DNA of 62,933 nucleotides, counting the filler, from Octopus bimaculoides (taxonomy: Eukaryota), in NCBI RefSeq assembly GCF_001194135.2. It is 4 parts of 4 records of this genome, joined end to end, with 100 filler letters (N's around TTAATTAATTAA, not from the genome) between each part and the next. Parts side by side here need not be neighbours in the genome. Positions count along the whole stretch, not along the records: positions 1 to 25,317 come from NC_068983.1; 3 more parts are not named here. One strand, given 5' to 3'. Shown piece by piece: positions 1 to 12,480 of the stretch. Numbering within the stretch: position 1 is the first letter of the stretch; each line of letters opens with the position of its first letter. Below the pieces are notes generated by a model that was not told where the DNA came from, did no database searches, and saw only the letters and a program-made list of their open reading frames with translations. A program made the position numbers and the translations under genes.

Positions 1-560
1 ATATATATATATATATATAAATGTATATATATACATATATATGTGTGTAAATATATATATATATATATGTATGTAAGTTCATATTAATACATATATACAT
101 TTCTATATACTTACATGTATATATAAATAACAGTATATCTATGTGTATTTTTAAGTAAGAATGTAAGAATCTAATGTAAGAATGAAAGAATATATTCTTA
201 AGTAATAATAAAGAATATATTTCTAAAATGAATACATACGTTCAAAGGCATTGAGCTGCCAGAAACATTAGTACCTCGGCGAAATGCTTAACAGTATTTC
301 GTCTGTTTTTGAGTTCGAATTTCGCCGAGTTTGACGTACAGATTATTTAATTAATTATTTTTAACTAAACACTTTCAAACTTCCGATACTAGTAGAATGT
401 GTCATATAGAACAGGGTTTACTCAACGTTTTTGACAAAAAATTTTATTTTAGAAGTTATTTCGTCAGAAGTTACGGAGTGACAGTGGACAAATTCGTGTT
501 TGATAAGTGCCAATACACGGAACTCTCAGCTTTTGACTTACTGTCTAACTTCTGCTGATG

Positions 561-604
<44 letters not shown>

Positions 605-694
605 NNNNNNNNNNNNNNNNNNNNNNNNNNNNNNNNNNNNNNNNNNNNNNNNNNNNNNTGTGTGTGTGTGTGTGTGTGCGTGTGTGTGTGTGTG

Positions 695-727
<33 letters not shown>

Positions 728-1269
728 AAAGAATCTCATCACGCAATCGAACCAATGAAAGAGTCTCTAACTGGTCGCTCGACACGCTAAAAATAGCAGC
801 CAAAGTATCCCCTACCTAAATCACACGCCCATTGTATATAATGCCCTAGATTATCCCTAAAAGGACGGTTTGCTGAAGGCTGGAATGTCTTTGAGGATAG
901 GTTTGCAGTATCAGGGTTGATTTGAGGCTAAATAGCAACATTATGGTAACTGATCGTTTTGGGTCTTGTTGTTTGTAACTTTTGGTGAGCCATAGCGCAA
1001 CCAACAACATGGTAGAAATCCCTGTCATTAATTTGGTGTAGATGGGTAATATCAAATAATTCAGTCACAACACATATTTAAATTAAACATAAAATATTGA
1101 AATATTATCATCACTTACATGGAAAAATTGAAATATTTTCTTTCAGTATTTTATAAGGTAAAATATTAAATTATTAATTGACACATTACTAATTATCTTA
1201 TAACAGCAATGCCTGGAAAAATCATGGATTACATGGAAAAATGCAAGCATGAAAAGTCATATTCTTAAG

Positions 1270-1704
1270 ATTATAAACCTGGAAAATTACAGGACAAGTT
1301 ATTACACCTGGAAAAGTATAGGACAAGATATTACTTTTAGTAAAGTAAAGAATAAGAAACTTTTTCTTTAAAATATTGCAGCTAAAATTAAAATTTGAAT
1401 ATTAAAACTTATTTTATTATAGTTTACAAATAACACTATACTTATTTAAGTAGAATTTGGCTAATTTACTACCTTAAATACAGAAAAAAGTGACTAATTA
1501 GACAAACTTACAAATTAGCTGAACAGTTTTGTACAATAAATTTAAAAGATGAGAACTGCAAAGGGATAAATTAGAAGAACTGGCATTCTTTGCTGCAATA
1601 TTTTAAGTAAAAAGTTTCTTATTCTTTACTTTACTAGAAGTAATAGTTTGTCCTATACTTTTCCAGGTGTAATAACTTGTCCTGTACTTTTCTAGGTTTA
1701 TAAT
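1270..1704. mobile_element. Foldback/MITE-like element with about 113-bp inverted arms
   Basis: 1270-1383 (ATTATAAACCTGGAAAATTACAGGACAAG...AAAATATTGCAGC) is the near reverse complement of 1592-1704. The right arm runs into an N gap. Confidence 0.8.
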
Positions 1705-2129
1705 NNNNNNNNNNNNNNNNNNNNNNNNNNNNNNNNNNNNNNNNNNNNNNNNNNNNNNNNNNNNNNNNNNNNNNNNNNNNNNNNNNNNNNNNNNNNNNNN
1801 NNNNNNNNNNNNNNNNNNNNNNNNNNNNNNNNNNNNNNNNNNNNNNNNNNNNNNNNNNNNNNNNNNNNNNNNNNNNNNNNNNNNNNNNNNNNNNNNNNNN
1901 NNNNNNNNNNNNNNNNNNNNNNNNNNNNNNNNNNNNNNNNNNNNNNNNNNNNNNNNNNNNNNNNNNNNNNNNNNNNNNNNNNNNNNNNNNNNNNNNNNNN
2001 NNNNNNNNNNNNNNNNNNNNNNNNNNNNNNNNNNNNNNNNNNNATATATCCAGATAGATTTAATTTGTATGTTATTCTAATTCGTATATTATATAAAATA
2101 AAAACTTTTACGGATAACAAACTAAATAA

Positions 2130-2187
2130 TGATGATGATGACGTTGATATTGTTGAATATGATGATGATGGTGATAATGACGAGAAG

Positions 2188-2236
<49 letters not shown>

Positions 2237-2364
2237 TGATGATGATGATGATGTTGACGATGACGATGATTTCTTTTATTTGCATTCGGGCATCTGATGA
2301 GGTGTCGATCACTTATAACATTTTTGACGACTATATACTTATTATTATTATTATATTATTATTA

Positions 2365-2437
<73 letters not shown>

Positions 2438-2455
2438 CATCATCATTATTATTAC

Positions 2456-2492
<37 letters not shown>

Positions 2493-2545
2493 GTTGTTGT
2501 TGGTGGTGGTGGTATTGTTGTTGTTGTTGATGTTGTTGTTATGAA
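2130..2545. repeat. Compound trinucleotide microsatellite (GAT/AAT/ATT/GTT)
   Basis: Direct reading; one example of dozens of (TA)n, (CA)n, (GATA)n, (CATA)n, (AAT)n, (ACT)n and (GA)n tracts across the window. Confidence 0.95.
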
Positions 2546-3146
2546 ATGCTTATTAACATTGTTGTCGCAAGTGCTGCTGTTGTCTTTCGATTTATGATTT
2601 GATGAATGCAGTATTAATTTTTATTAACAATATTATCAGAATTAACATTATCAAAGCTAATAATGTATCACTATAACAAGCAATCACAATGATATCAATA
2701 TTTATAATTTCAAATGTTACAAGAAGAGCAAATATGATATTGAACTCAGCAAGACGATACAGCAAGGTATTTAGTCTACCATTTCAGACCAGCGTAATAT
2801 TAGAAACACTAGCGATAGTAATTCCGAGTAAATGAATGCTTACGGAAGAAAAATTAAAATGAGTTAAACAGAAACGAAAACTACAACAGAGTTGTAATCT
2901 ATTTAAAACAGAAGCAAGTGTTATAAATTTACAGAAAATTTCTTTAGTATTACTAACGCCAAACAACTAAGAACTGTTATGTTAAAAATGCTGTGAAAGA
3001 TATTGAAATGACAATAATTTGGAGGATGGTTTTGGTATACGATTGAAGGGATATTGACAAATTGACCAGAAAATGTAACTGAAGATTAATGCAAGAAATT
3101 ATCCTCAAATAATTTTATACACAATGACCATGAATCAGAAATGCAT

Positions 3147-3179
<33 letters not shown>

Positions 3180-5166
3180 NNNNNNNNNNNNNNNNNNNNN
3201 NNNNNNNNNNNNNNNNNNNNNNNNNNNNNNNNNNNNNNNNNNNNNNNNNNNNNNNNNNNNNNNNNNNNNNNNNNNNNNNNNNNNNNNNNNNNNNNNNNNN
3301 NNNNNNNNNNNNNNNNNNNNNNNNNNNNNNNNNNNNNNNNNNNNNNNNNNNNNNNNNNNNNNNNNNNNNNNNNNNNNNNNNNNNNNNNNNNNNNNNNNNN
3401 NNNNNNNNNNNNNNNNNNNNNNNNNNNNNNNNNNNNNNNNNNNNNNNNNNNNNNNNNNNNNNNNNNNNNNNNNNNNNNNNNNNNNNNNNNNNNNNNNNNN
3501 NNNNNNNNNNNNNNNNNNNNNNNNNNNNNNNNNNNNNNNNNNNNNNNNNNNNNNNNNNNNNNNNNNNNNNNNNNNNNNNNNNNNNNNNNNNNNNNNNNNN
3601 NNNNNNNNNNNNNNNNNNNNNNNNNNNNNNNNNNNNNNNNNNNNNNNNNNNNNNNNNNNNNNNNNNNNNNNNNNNNNNNNNNNNNNNNNNNNNNNNNNNN
3701 NNNNNNNNNNNNNNNNNNNNNNNNNNNNNNNNNNNNNNNNNNNNNNNNNNNNNNNNNNNNNNNNNNNNNNNNNNNNNNNNNNNNNNNNNNNNNNNNNNNN
3801 NNNNNNNNNNNNNNNNNNNNNNNNNNNNNNNNNNNNNNNNNNNNNNNNNNNNNNNNNNNNNNNNNNNNNNNNNNNNNNNNNNNNNNNNNNNNNNNNNNNN
3901 NNNNNNNNNNNNNNNNNNNNNNNNNNNNNNNNNNNNNNNNNNNNNNNNNNNNNNNNNNNNNNNNNNNNNNNNNNNNNNNNNNNNNNNNNNNNNNNNNNNN
4001 NNNNNNNNNNNNNNNNNNNNNNNNNNNNNNNNNNNNNNNNNNNNNNNNNNNNNNNNNNNNNNNNNNNNNNNNNNNNNNNNNNNNNNTGTGTGTGTATATA
4101 TATATATATATTATATGTATGTGTGTGTGTGTGTGTGTGTGTGTGCGTGCGTGTGTATCTATCTATCTATCCATCTATCTACGATTTTCAAAATACAATG
4201 ACGTAGTTATTAATAAATATAGTTAGAATGTGATTTATTGTTGTTTGCATGTGATTAAAGACATTCTAACAGCATTTCGTCTTTATTCAAGATATTGTAT
4301 AAAAATATGTCCTTCGCTTTTTTTTCTTTTATTCTTTATTGCTATGATTTGATGACGATTTGGTTAGTGTTTGTAGTAGATTGTATGACCATGGAGAGTT
4401 TTTCCTATCGGGTGTGTGTAGTATGTATTTGATGCAGCCCTCTAACTTACACAGGAAATATATAAGTTAACTGAAGATTTGCAGGGAAAATTGTACTTCT
4501 ATGTAGTACCCAAAAGCAATACATATAAATACAGATAGAACTCTGCTTTCCACAGTTACATACACGTATATTATGCGCACATGTACATCGATTAACAAAA
4601 CAGAAGCATAAATACACACAAATACACAAACAAGTATAAAGCATGTGTGCTAAATAGCCCTCATATATAAAGTAAAACATCAGTAGTTTTGCTCATGATG
4701 TGTCAACATAATCAAGTTGAATTCTTTCTTGAGTCTACAGGCTCATTAGATCAGAGCTTCATCTGGTTTCTGAAGTATTGAGTGATTCAGAGCACAAGAT
4801 CCCCTTCTGGACGGGAGGTTAGTCCACCACAAATTTAATCCTAGCGGCTGCTGTTGGTGCTACTTTTCAGTGAGGCACACTGGAGCAACGTGAAACGAAG
4901 TACCTTTCTCGGTGGTACAAGACACTGGCTAGTCAAGGAATAGAAACCCACAACCAACACTATCACCACTGGGCCATATATGTTCATATAACATTATCCT
5001 GTATAGTAAAATGAAGTTTGATATTGGAAATTTTGATTCTTTCGTCAAAAGCTTTCGAAATGTGCGAGACTTGAACCTCGATCACGACTTTGAATTAACT
5101 AAAGCTTTCCGACACTAACCATGAAAAAAATATCAACTAAATAATAACAATAATAATAATAACAAC

Positions 5167-5224
<58 letters not shown>

Positions 5225-5455
5225 TTCAGACAAATACATAACAAAAATAGCAGGACTTACAAATATATATAACATACAGAAAATTGCACTACTGGGTACT
5301 GCACACATTCTACGCAAAACACTTTCAATACAGTAAACATAAGAGCACCACAGCAAACCACAGCACATACCCAAGGCGCACAGAGCTGCTCTCGGTAGTG
5401 AAGTGAAAGCACGTTATAAAAATAAAACTACTGAATAATAATAATAATAATAATG

Positions 5456-5665
5456 ATAGTTTCAAATTTTGGTACAAAGCCAGCAATTTCGGGGAAGAAA
5501 GTCGGTTACATCGACCCTAGTGTTCAACTGGTAGTTATTTTATCGATGCCCCAAAAGATAAAAGATAAGTCGACCTCGACAGAATTTGAAATCAGAACGT
5601 AAAGCCGGATGAAATGCCGCGAAGCATTTTGCCCGGCGTGTTGACGATTCTGCCAGCTCGCCGCC

Positions 5666-5667
<2 letters not shown>
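5456..5667 (-). mobile_element. tRNA-derived SINE, family A (head AAGGCGGCGAGCTGGCAGAATCG; central GAGGTCGACTTTGCCTTTCATCCTTTCGGGGTCGATAAA)
   Basis: Near full-length copy with CpGs intact, flanked by (AAT)n. Further copies or fragments at about 248-336, 12497-12700, 15570-15800, 28220-28430, 41640-41800, 41850-41965, 42055-42240, 42315-42530, 43555-43772, 51390-51662, 51975-52080, 52285-52680, 55690-56240 and 57180-57500. Confidence 0.85.
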
Positions 5668-5723
<56 letters not shown>

Positions 5724-7161
5724 GATTTGTACACTGATCACGTGTCTTGCGAAAATAGAAAAATTAACCAATTTAAAACGAAAGACATAAAATAATACAA
5801 AAAACAGACTTTCACACACACACAAACACGCACACACAAACTCAGACACACATACATACATGTATGCATGCATGCATACATACATGCATACATACATACA
5901 TACATACATACATTTATACATGCATGTATACATGTATGTATAGGTGCGTGTGTAATTAATACGATGGCGGTAAAAGCATAATGAGATGAATTGGGACAGG
6001 TGAAAACTTTGGTACACTAAACAGATACAAATAAAGGATACTCATCTACACAACAATGGCAAGTTAACGCAATATCAGTTCAGAGAACCCCACAAATCTG
6101 ATCACCTCTCGCTCCTTATTCTTCTCTTGCAAACTCATTGCTCTAAAATTGGTCCCGAGCCTGTTTAGACTTACGGAGCAATGAAAAGTCTCGCATCTTC
6201 TGGGACGTGTTTTCCCTTGATGTTGATAAACCATTGACCAGATCTTCATCAACCATCTAACATCTAGAGATAATTAGTATTCGCCCTCTGTATAACGGAA
6301 TTTTATAAATTAGTCAAATGCCCATTAAATTAAGCGAAGACATCTATCAGTACCTTGTAAAATACCTGAAGACCTATTATGCGTAAAATACTTGACTTTA
6401 TTCTTACCAATGTTGCACAAACCCCTTAAATAAAGAATTTGTGCAACGTCTGTAAATTGGAAGTACATAAACGCACACATGCATGCAATATATATATGAA
6501 TGTATGAATGTATGTATGTATGTATGTATGTATGTATGTATATATGTATGTATGTATGTAAGTATGTATGAACGTATGTATCTAAGTATATATGTATGTA
6601 TTTATGTATGTATGTATATATATATCTATATATATACATATATACATATATATATATATAAAACAAATAGTAAATGAGTATATGCATATATACGTACAGG
6701 TATGTGCATACCGACATCCACGTGTATGTATAGGTGCATATCTGGGTACAGGACATTGCAAACAAAACTTAGACAAGAAAANNNNNNNNNNNNNNNNNNN
6801 NNNNNNNNNNNNNNNNNNNNNNNNNNNNNNNNNNNNNNNNNNNNNNNNNNNNNNNNNNNNNNNNNNNNNNNNNNNNNNNNNNNNNNNNNNNNNNNNNNNN
6901 NNNNNNNNNNNNNNNNNNNNNNNNNNNNNNNNNNNNNNNNNNNNNNNNNNNNNNNNNNNNNNNNNNNNNNNNNNNNNNNNNNNNNNNNNNNNNNNNNNNN
7001 NNNNNNNNNNNNNNNNNNNNNNNNNNNNNNNNNNNNNNNNNNNNNNNNNNNNNNNNNNNNNNNNNNNNNNNNNNNNNNNNNNNNNNNNNNNNNNNNNNNN
7101 NNNNNNNNNNNNNNNNNNNNNNNNNNNNNNNNNNACAGACAGACAGACAGACAGATAGACG

Positions 7162-7203
<42 letters not shown>

Positions 7204-7204
7204 C

Positions 7205-7264
<60 letters not shown>

Positions 7265-7653
7265 TGATAGATAGACAGATAGATAGATAGATAAATAGAT
7301 AGATAGACAGATAGATAGTAGATAGATAGATAGATAGGATGGTACTGTTGATCTGTTCAGGCCCACCTGAGTGGTCAAACAAATGCAAGCCATCCCTATA
7401 GGGAAAAATATGAATCGTAAAACGACGAAAATTTAAAAACAATATATCGTTTATGTAACTATATAAAATCCCTGAATAAACTGCTTATGGTCAGTAATTA
7501 TCCAATTCCGGCTGGGCAATGAAAAATTTGAAAGATTTTAGATATGATTTAGCAGCGCTGATTTCGAAGCAAAATCGGAAATCGTTGTAGTTACTGTGTA
7601 AGAGACTACAGCTTCTTTGTTGTAAGTTATCCAATAGACGGTACTTAGAAAGT

Positions 7654-7716
<63 letters not shown>

Positions 7717-8904
7717 TATCGTATTGTATGGCAAGAATCAAGAAATATTGACTACAAATGTTCACGAAAAATTGCAAAAATTCAGTTTTATACGAAGCAT
7801 TTGTGCAAAGACATTATCGAGACATAATTGCAAAAGATTTGAAAGCATCCAAGAAAGCAACACTTTTGGTAAAAACGGGCTTTGTACTTACAAAAGGAAT
7901 AATAATATTCTTTACATTTTTGTTTATTAGTCATTAATGTGACACTCTTTAACATTGTGCATACTTAGGTAGGGGAAATTTTATGTTTTACCAGTGGCCT
8001 TAGTAACATACAAGAATTAAAATCCAGTCGCAATTTTCAATTTAGAAGTTATTTCGAGCATTCTGACTTTAGTCACGAAGAAGCAAACTGATTATCTTCA
8101 CTGGTATTTCTTTAATCAGTTATTCGAGATTTTAAAAACCTTTCATACTTTAGAATTTCAAACTACGTGAATTTGGTTTCTAAGTACCCTAATAAGGCTA
8201 GACGGAATGAACAAACTAGTAATTGATTCAAAAAGACTCCAAAGCCAAAATTTTTCAGGGGAGTAGCAGTAATAAAAATCTATATAAAACTGATTTCTAA
8301 CAATGACACATGGCTGCAAATGTTGTAGAAGAAGGAAGATACAGTGCGTTAAGTAATTTGGTGGTACTTTGAGATAAACAGATAAATTCGTTCAATTCTC
8401 GAGATAACATAATAATATTAATAATAACTCGTTTACATATTTGTTTTGCAAGATTTTTGATGTGAAATCGTGTGTTGAAACAGATGTTGTACTATTACTA
8501 ATGTAATATAAAGCTGAAGCAAATTAACACCAAATATACAGTGCGTGTGTTTTTATTGGCTAAACTGGCAATATGACCGTCCCCAAGTACAACAACAGTA
8601 ATAATAAGTGTTATAGTCATAATGATAATGATGATGATGATAACAACGATGACGACGACGACGACGAAGATGATGATGATGATGATGATGAGGATGCTGA
8701 TGGTGATGACAATGATGATGATGATATTTTATCGGCACCCACCAGAGATGCAACATAAAATACATTAAAAAAAAAACAAAATGGAAGTCACCCTTTTTTT
8801 TTTAGTTGGGGTGGGATAGCATCTCATACGAAATGACCTACACACAAACAAACGTTCTAACAAACAAACAAACAAACAAATAAGCAAACAAACCGAAACT
8901 GCAA

Positions 8905-8944
<40 letters not shown>

Positions 8945-9008
8945 TTTAGTAGTAGCATAACAAAAAAAATGGAATGAAATGGAAAAAAAAAAAAAAGAAG
9001 TTCCTTAC

Positions 9009-9428
9009 CTGTCACGTAATGGATCGCTTCGTTGTTTTGTAGCCATTGTGTATAAGGGTTTTCGGCAACATCGTAATAGAGAGGGGTGACCGGTGTCACA
9101 GAAATATCCTGAAGGTCTGGTATGTTCCCGTTGACCATGCTGCTGCCGCTACAGTTGACCAGTACATTTGTACTGTTGTGATTGCTATTATTATTACTGT
9201 TGTTGTTGTTGTTGGTGGTGGTGGTGTTGTTGCTGTTGCTTGCAGTTGTTGTGTCTGCGTTTGTTGTGCAACTGTTTGCTGTGTTGTTTGGCGTTGGTGT
9301 TGTTGTTGTTGTTGATGTGACAGAACTTGTTGTGGTGCTTGTAATGTTATGAGTCGCACTGTCGCAATTGTTATGACAGGTTCGATTTGAATTTGTACAA
9401 CTATTATTATTATTATTGTTATTATTAC

Positions 9429-9474
<46 letters not shown>

Positions 9475-10173
9475 GTTATTTCTACTACTGTTATTACTAC
9501 AATTATTACTGTTATTGTTTACGGGTGTTGTTGCATTGTTATTGTTGTTATTATTATTATTGTTATTGTTAACAGCTGCAAGGTGAGTCCGGGTATTAAT
9601 GGCGGCCGTCGAGCTTCCACCTATTTGCTTTTGTTGTTGTTGCTGCTGTTGTTGTTGTTGTTGTTGCCTGTGTGAGTTGTGTTGTTGGTGATGGGGATGG
9701 TGAAGATTATTACTGTTGCTGTTGCTGTTGTTGTTGTTGTTGTGATGATGGTGATGATGGTGATTGTGATGGTGGAGTGGATGGCCGCTAGAAAGAGCAG
9801 CGGCGGCGGCGACGGCAGAAGCGGGTAGCGTGGGGCTGTTACTGAGGGAGAGATGATGCGAGTGGTGGTGGTGCGTGGGGTGGTGATGGTGGTGGTTGTG
9901 TTGAGGATGGTGGAGAGAGTGATGATGTTGTTGTTGTTGTTGTTGCTGTTGATGTTGATGGTGATGATGGTGGTGGTGCTGTTGCTGTTGCTGTTGCTGA
10001 TGAAGATGATGATGATTGTGCAACATAGATGCCGTTGCCGCCGCCGTAGTCGTCGTTTCGGAATTCATCAAAATTGAATCTGCCGTTCCACGTCTACCAC
10101 CAACACCATCACCGCCACCGCCGCCGCCGCCGTCACCACCATTACTATCTCCTCCTCCTCCTCCTCCTCCTCC
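9009..10173 (-). CDS. NKX2-2: Exon 1 (sequenced part) of an NK2-class homeobox gene, Nkx2.2/vnd orthologue; the start codon and TN/eh1 motif are probably in the gap 10174-10727, and the homeobox exon is not seen
   Basis: The frame is open from the gap edge to a canonical donor ACAG|GTAAGG (phase 1, intron starts at 9008). The last residues PLYYDVAENPYTQWLQNNEAIHYVT (9010-9084) match the Nkx2.2-specific motif [23 protein letters not shown] of vertebrate NKX2-2 (recalled). Upstream residues are poly-G/Q/H/N/T tracts. Confidence 0.85.
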
Positions 10174-10805
10174 NNNNNNNNNNNNNNNNNNNNNNNNNNN
10201 NNNNNNNNNNNNNNNNNNNNNNNNNNNNNNNNNNNNNNNNNNNNNNNNNNNNNNNNNNNNNNNNNNNNNNNNNNNNNNNNNNNNNNNNNNNNNNNNNNNN
10301 NNNNNNNNNNNNNNNNNNNNNNNNNNNNNNNNNNNNNNNNNNNNNNNNNNNNNNNNNNNNNNNNNNNNNNNNNNNNNNNNNNNNNNNNNNNNNNNNNNNN
10401 NNNNNNNNNNNNNNNNNNNNNNNNNNNNNNNNNNNNNNNNNNNNNNNNNNNNNNNNNNNNNNNNNNNNNNNNNNNNNNNNNNNNNNNNNNNNNNNNNNNN
10501 NNNNNNNNNNNNNNNNNNNNNNNNNNNNNNNNNNNNNNNNNNNNNNNNNNNNNNNNNNNNNNNNNNNNNNNNNNNNNNNNNNNNNNNNNNNNNNNNNNNN
10601 NNNNNNNNNNNNNNNNNNNNNNNNNNNNNNNNNNNNNNNNNNNNNNNNNNNNNNNNNNNNNNNNNNNNNNNNNNNNNNNNNNNNNNNNNNNNNNNNNNNN
10701 NNNNNNNNNNNNNNNNNNNNNNNNNNNGTGTGTAAGCGAGAATACGTAAACTGAGAGACTTCAAAAAAAAAAATAATAAATAAATAATAAATAAATAACC
10801 AAAAT

Positions 10806-10861
<56 letters not shown>

Positions 10862-10999
10862 TAACTACACTAATAAATTTACTATTACTATTACTACTGC
10901 TATAATCACCACCACCGCTGCCGCAGCCACCGCAGGTCTCTACATCCACGACAACTACTACGACAACTATTTCTATAAACTATTAATAAAAAAAATGAT

Positions 11000-11260
11000 A
11001 ATGATAATAATTTGCAGACCCCTTCAAAACACTCATGTTCTTGATAGTAAGTGCGTCGCTTGAAAAATGGGGACACTCAAAAGCTTTAAGCGCGTTTGGG
11101 GTCGACAGTAAAAGTAGAATGTAAAGAAGAACAGCGTGGCAATGGGTGGTAACGATTAATTGAACGGACTGGACATTTGCTATTGGCCAACCAGCAGTAC
11201 CACGTTGTCTAAGACACGCCTCAAACGCCGCCTTATCATTGGTGAAAATAACGTTGGTGA
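11000..11260 (-). promoter_or_regulatory. Candidate proximal promoter of the Nkx2.2 gene
   Basis: Non-repetitive, CpG-retaining island directly upstream of exon 1. It carries two CCAAT boxes in gene orientation (ATTGG at 11182-11186 and 11238-11242), a Gli-like TGGGTGGTA (11143-11151), a homeodomain-type GATTAATTG (11154-11162) and an NK-type TAAGTG (11048-11053). Confidence 0.5.
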
Positions 11261-12208
11261 GAAGAAGCGTGTGTACGTGTGTGCGTGTGATTTGACTGGT
11301 GTTATTATGTATGTGTGTTTGTGTCTACACGTGTGGTTGCGTGTGAGTCTGTGTATGTAGTTGTGTGCGTGTGAGTGTGTGGTTTTATGTGTGTGTGTGT
11401 ATGTTATTGTTTGTTATTTGTGTGTCTGTGTGATGTGTGTGTAAATGTCCGAGTATGCACGGGTTTGTGTACGTGTGTACGTGTGTCTTCTTCTGCGTGT
11501 GTGTGAGTGTACGTGTGTTGTTTTGTTCATGTGTGTGAGTGTATGTGTGTGTACGTGTGTGAGTGTGTGTGTGTGGTGTTTTGTTTGTATTTACGTCAAA
11601 GCAGACTTTACGTATGATTTTGTTGTTTGTGTATATAGCGTGTATGTGTGCGTGTGTTTCTTTGTGTGTGTATGTGTGTTTGTAATTACCTGCGTGTATA
11701 TGCAGTGTGCTGTCTTTAAGCGTGCGTCTCTGTGTGTGAATGTGAAAGTGTGCGTATACGCTGTTTTGTAAATTATATATGTCTTACGTAGGTATGTATG
11801 TGTGTGTGTGTGTGATGTCTTTTATTATGAACCAATGTGGTTGTCTATGTTCATAAACAATGGTATGTGTGCGTGTGTGTGTGTGTGTAAGTGTGAAGTG
11901 TGTGTGTGTGTGTGTGTGTGTAAGTGTGAAGTGTGTGTGTGTGAATTGTGTTACCGTGCGTGTGACGCTGTATATATCTTGTTTGCTTGTTTGTGTTTGT
12001 TTGTTTGTGTGTACGTGTGTGTGTGTGTATATGTGTGTGTATGTGTGTGTGTGTGTGTGTGTGCTGTATTTTGCTATATTTTATACTCCGTATATGTCAT
12101 ACGTTAGCACTTTCGTGTGTATATGCGTGACTCGTTGCATATATATGTTTGTGCATGTATGTGTGTGCGTGTGAGTGGTAGTGTGGTATGTGCGTATGTG
12201 GTGCATGA

Positions 12209-12268
<60 letters not shown>

Positions 12269-12480
12269 AAAACTATATCTGTTGCGAGTATCACTTGTAA
12301 AGGTTACGGGTGTATACAGTGCTCTGTTGTCTGTGTGTGTGTGCTCGGGCACATAATGAGTTTATGAAAGCCGTGCCATTTATATTATATGGGTACATTG
12401 TGAGTGTGGTATATTAGCACCAGTGCATATGGTGTGTGTGTGTGTGTGTATGTGTGTGTATGGCTTGCATTAGTGTTTGC
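11260..12480. repeat. About 1.2-kb degenerate (TG)n-rich tract
   Basis: Near-continuous TG/GT alternation interrupted by point changes. Confidence 0.9.

Noticed and set aside
8573-8758. Acidic poly-D ORF
   Set aside because: Intronic (GAT/GAC)n microsatellite with no coding features.
8857-9008. Hydrophobic C-terminal extension of the Nkx2.2 ORF (GKELLFFF...)
   Set aside because: It follows a consensus GTAAGG donor and is intronic T-rich and (CTA)n sequence.
1-9008. Nkx2.2 homeobox exon
   Set aside because: No KRKRRVLF or WFQNHRYK-like coding was found on the minus strand; it must lie beyond the left edge or in a gap.
10728-10764. MKSLSLRILAYT as the Nkx2.2 N-terminus
   Set aside because: It begins at TTG, and frame continuity across a 554-N gap of estimated size is not real evidence; the true start is probably in the gap.
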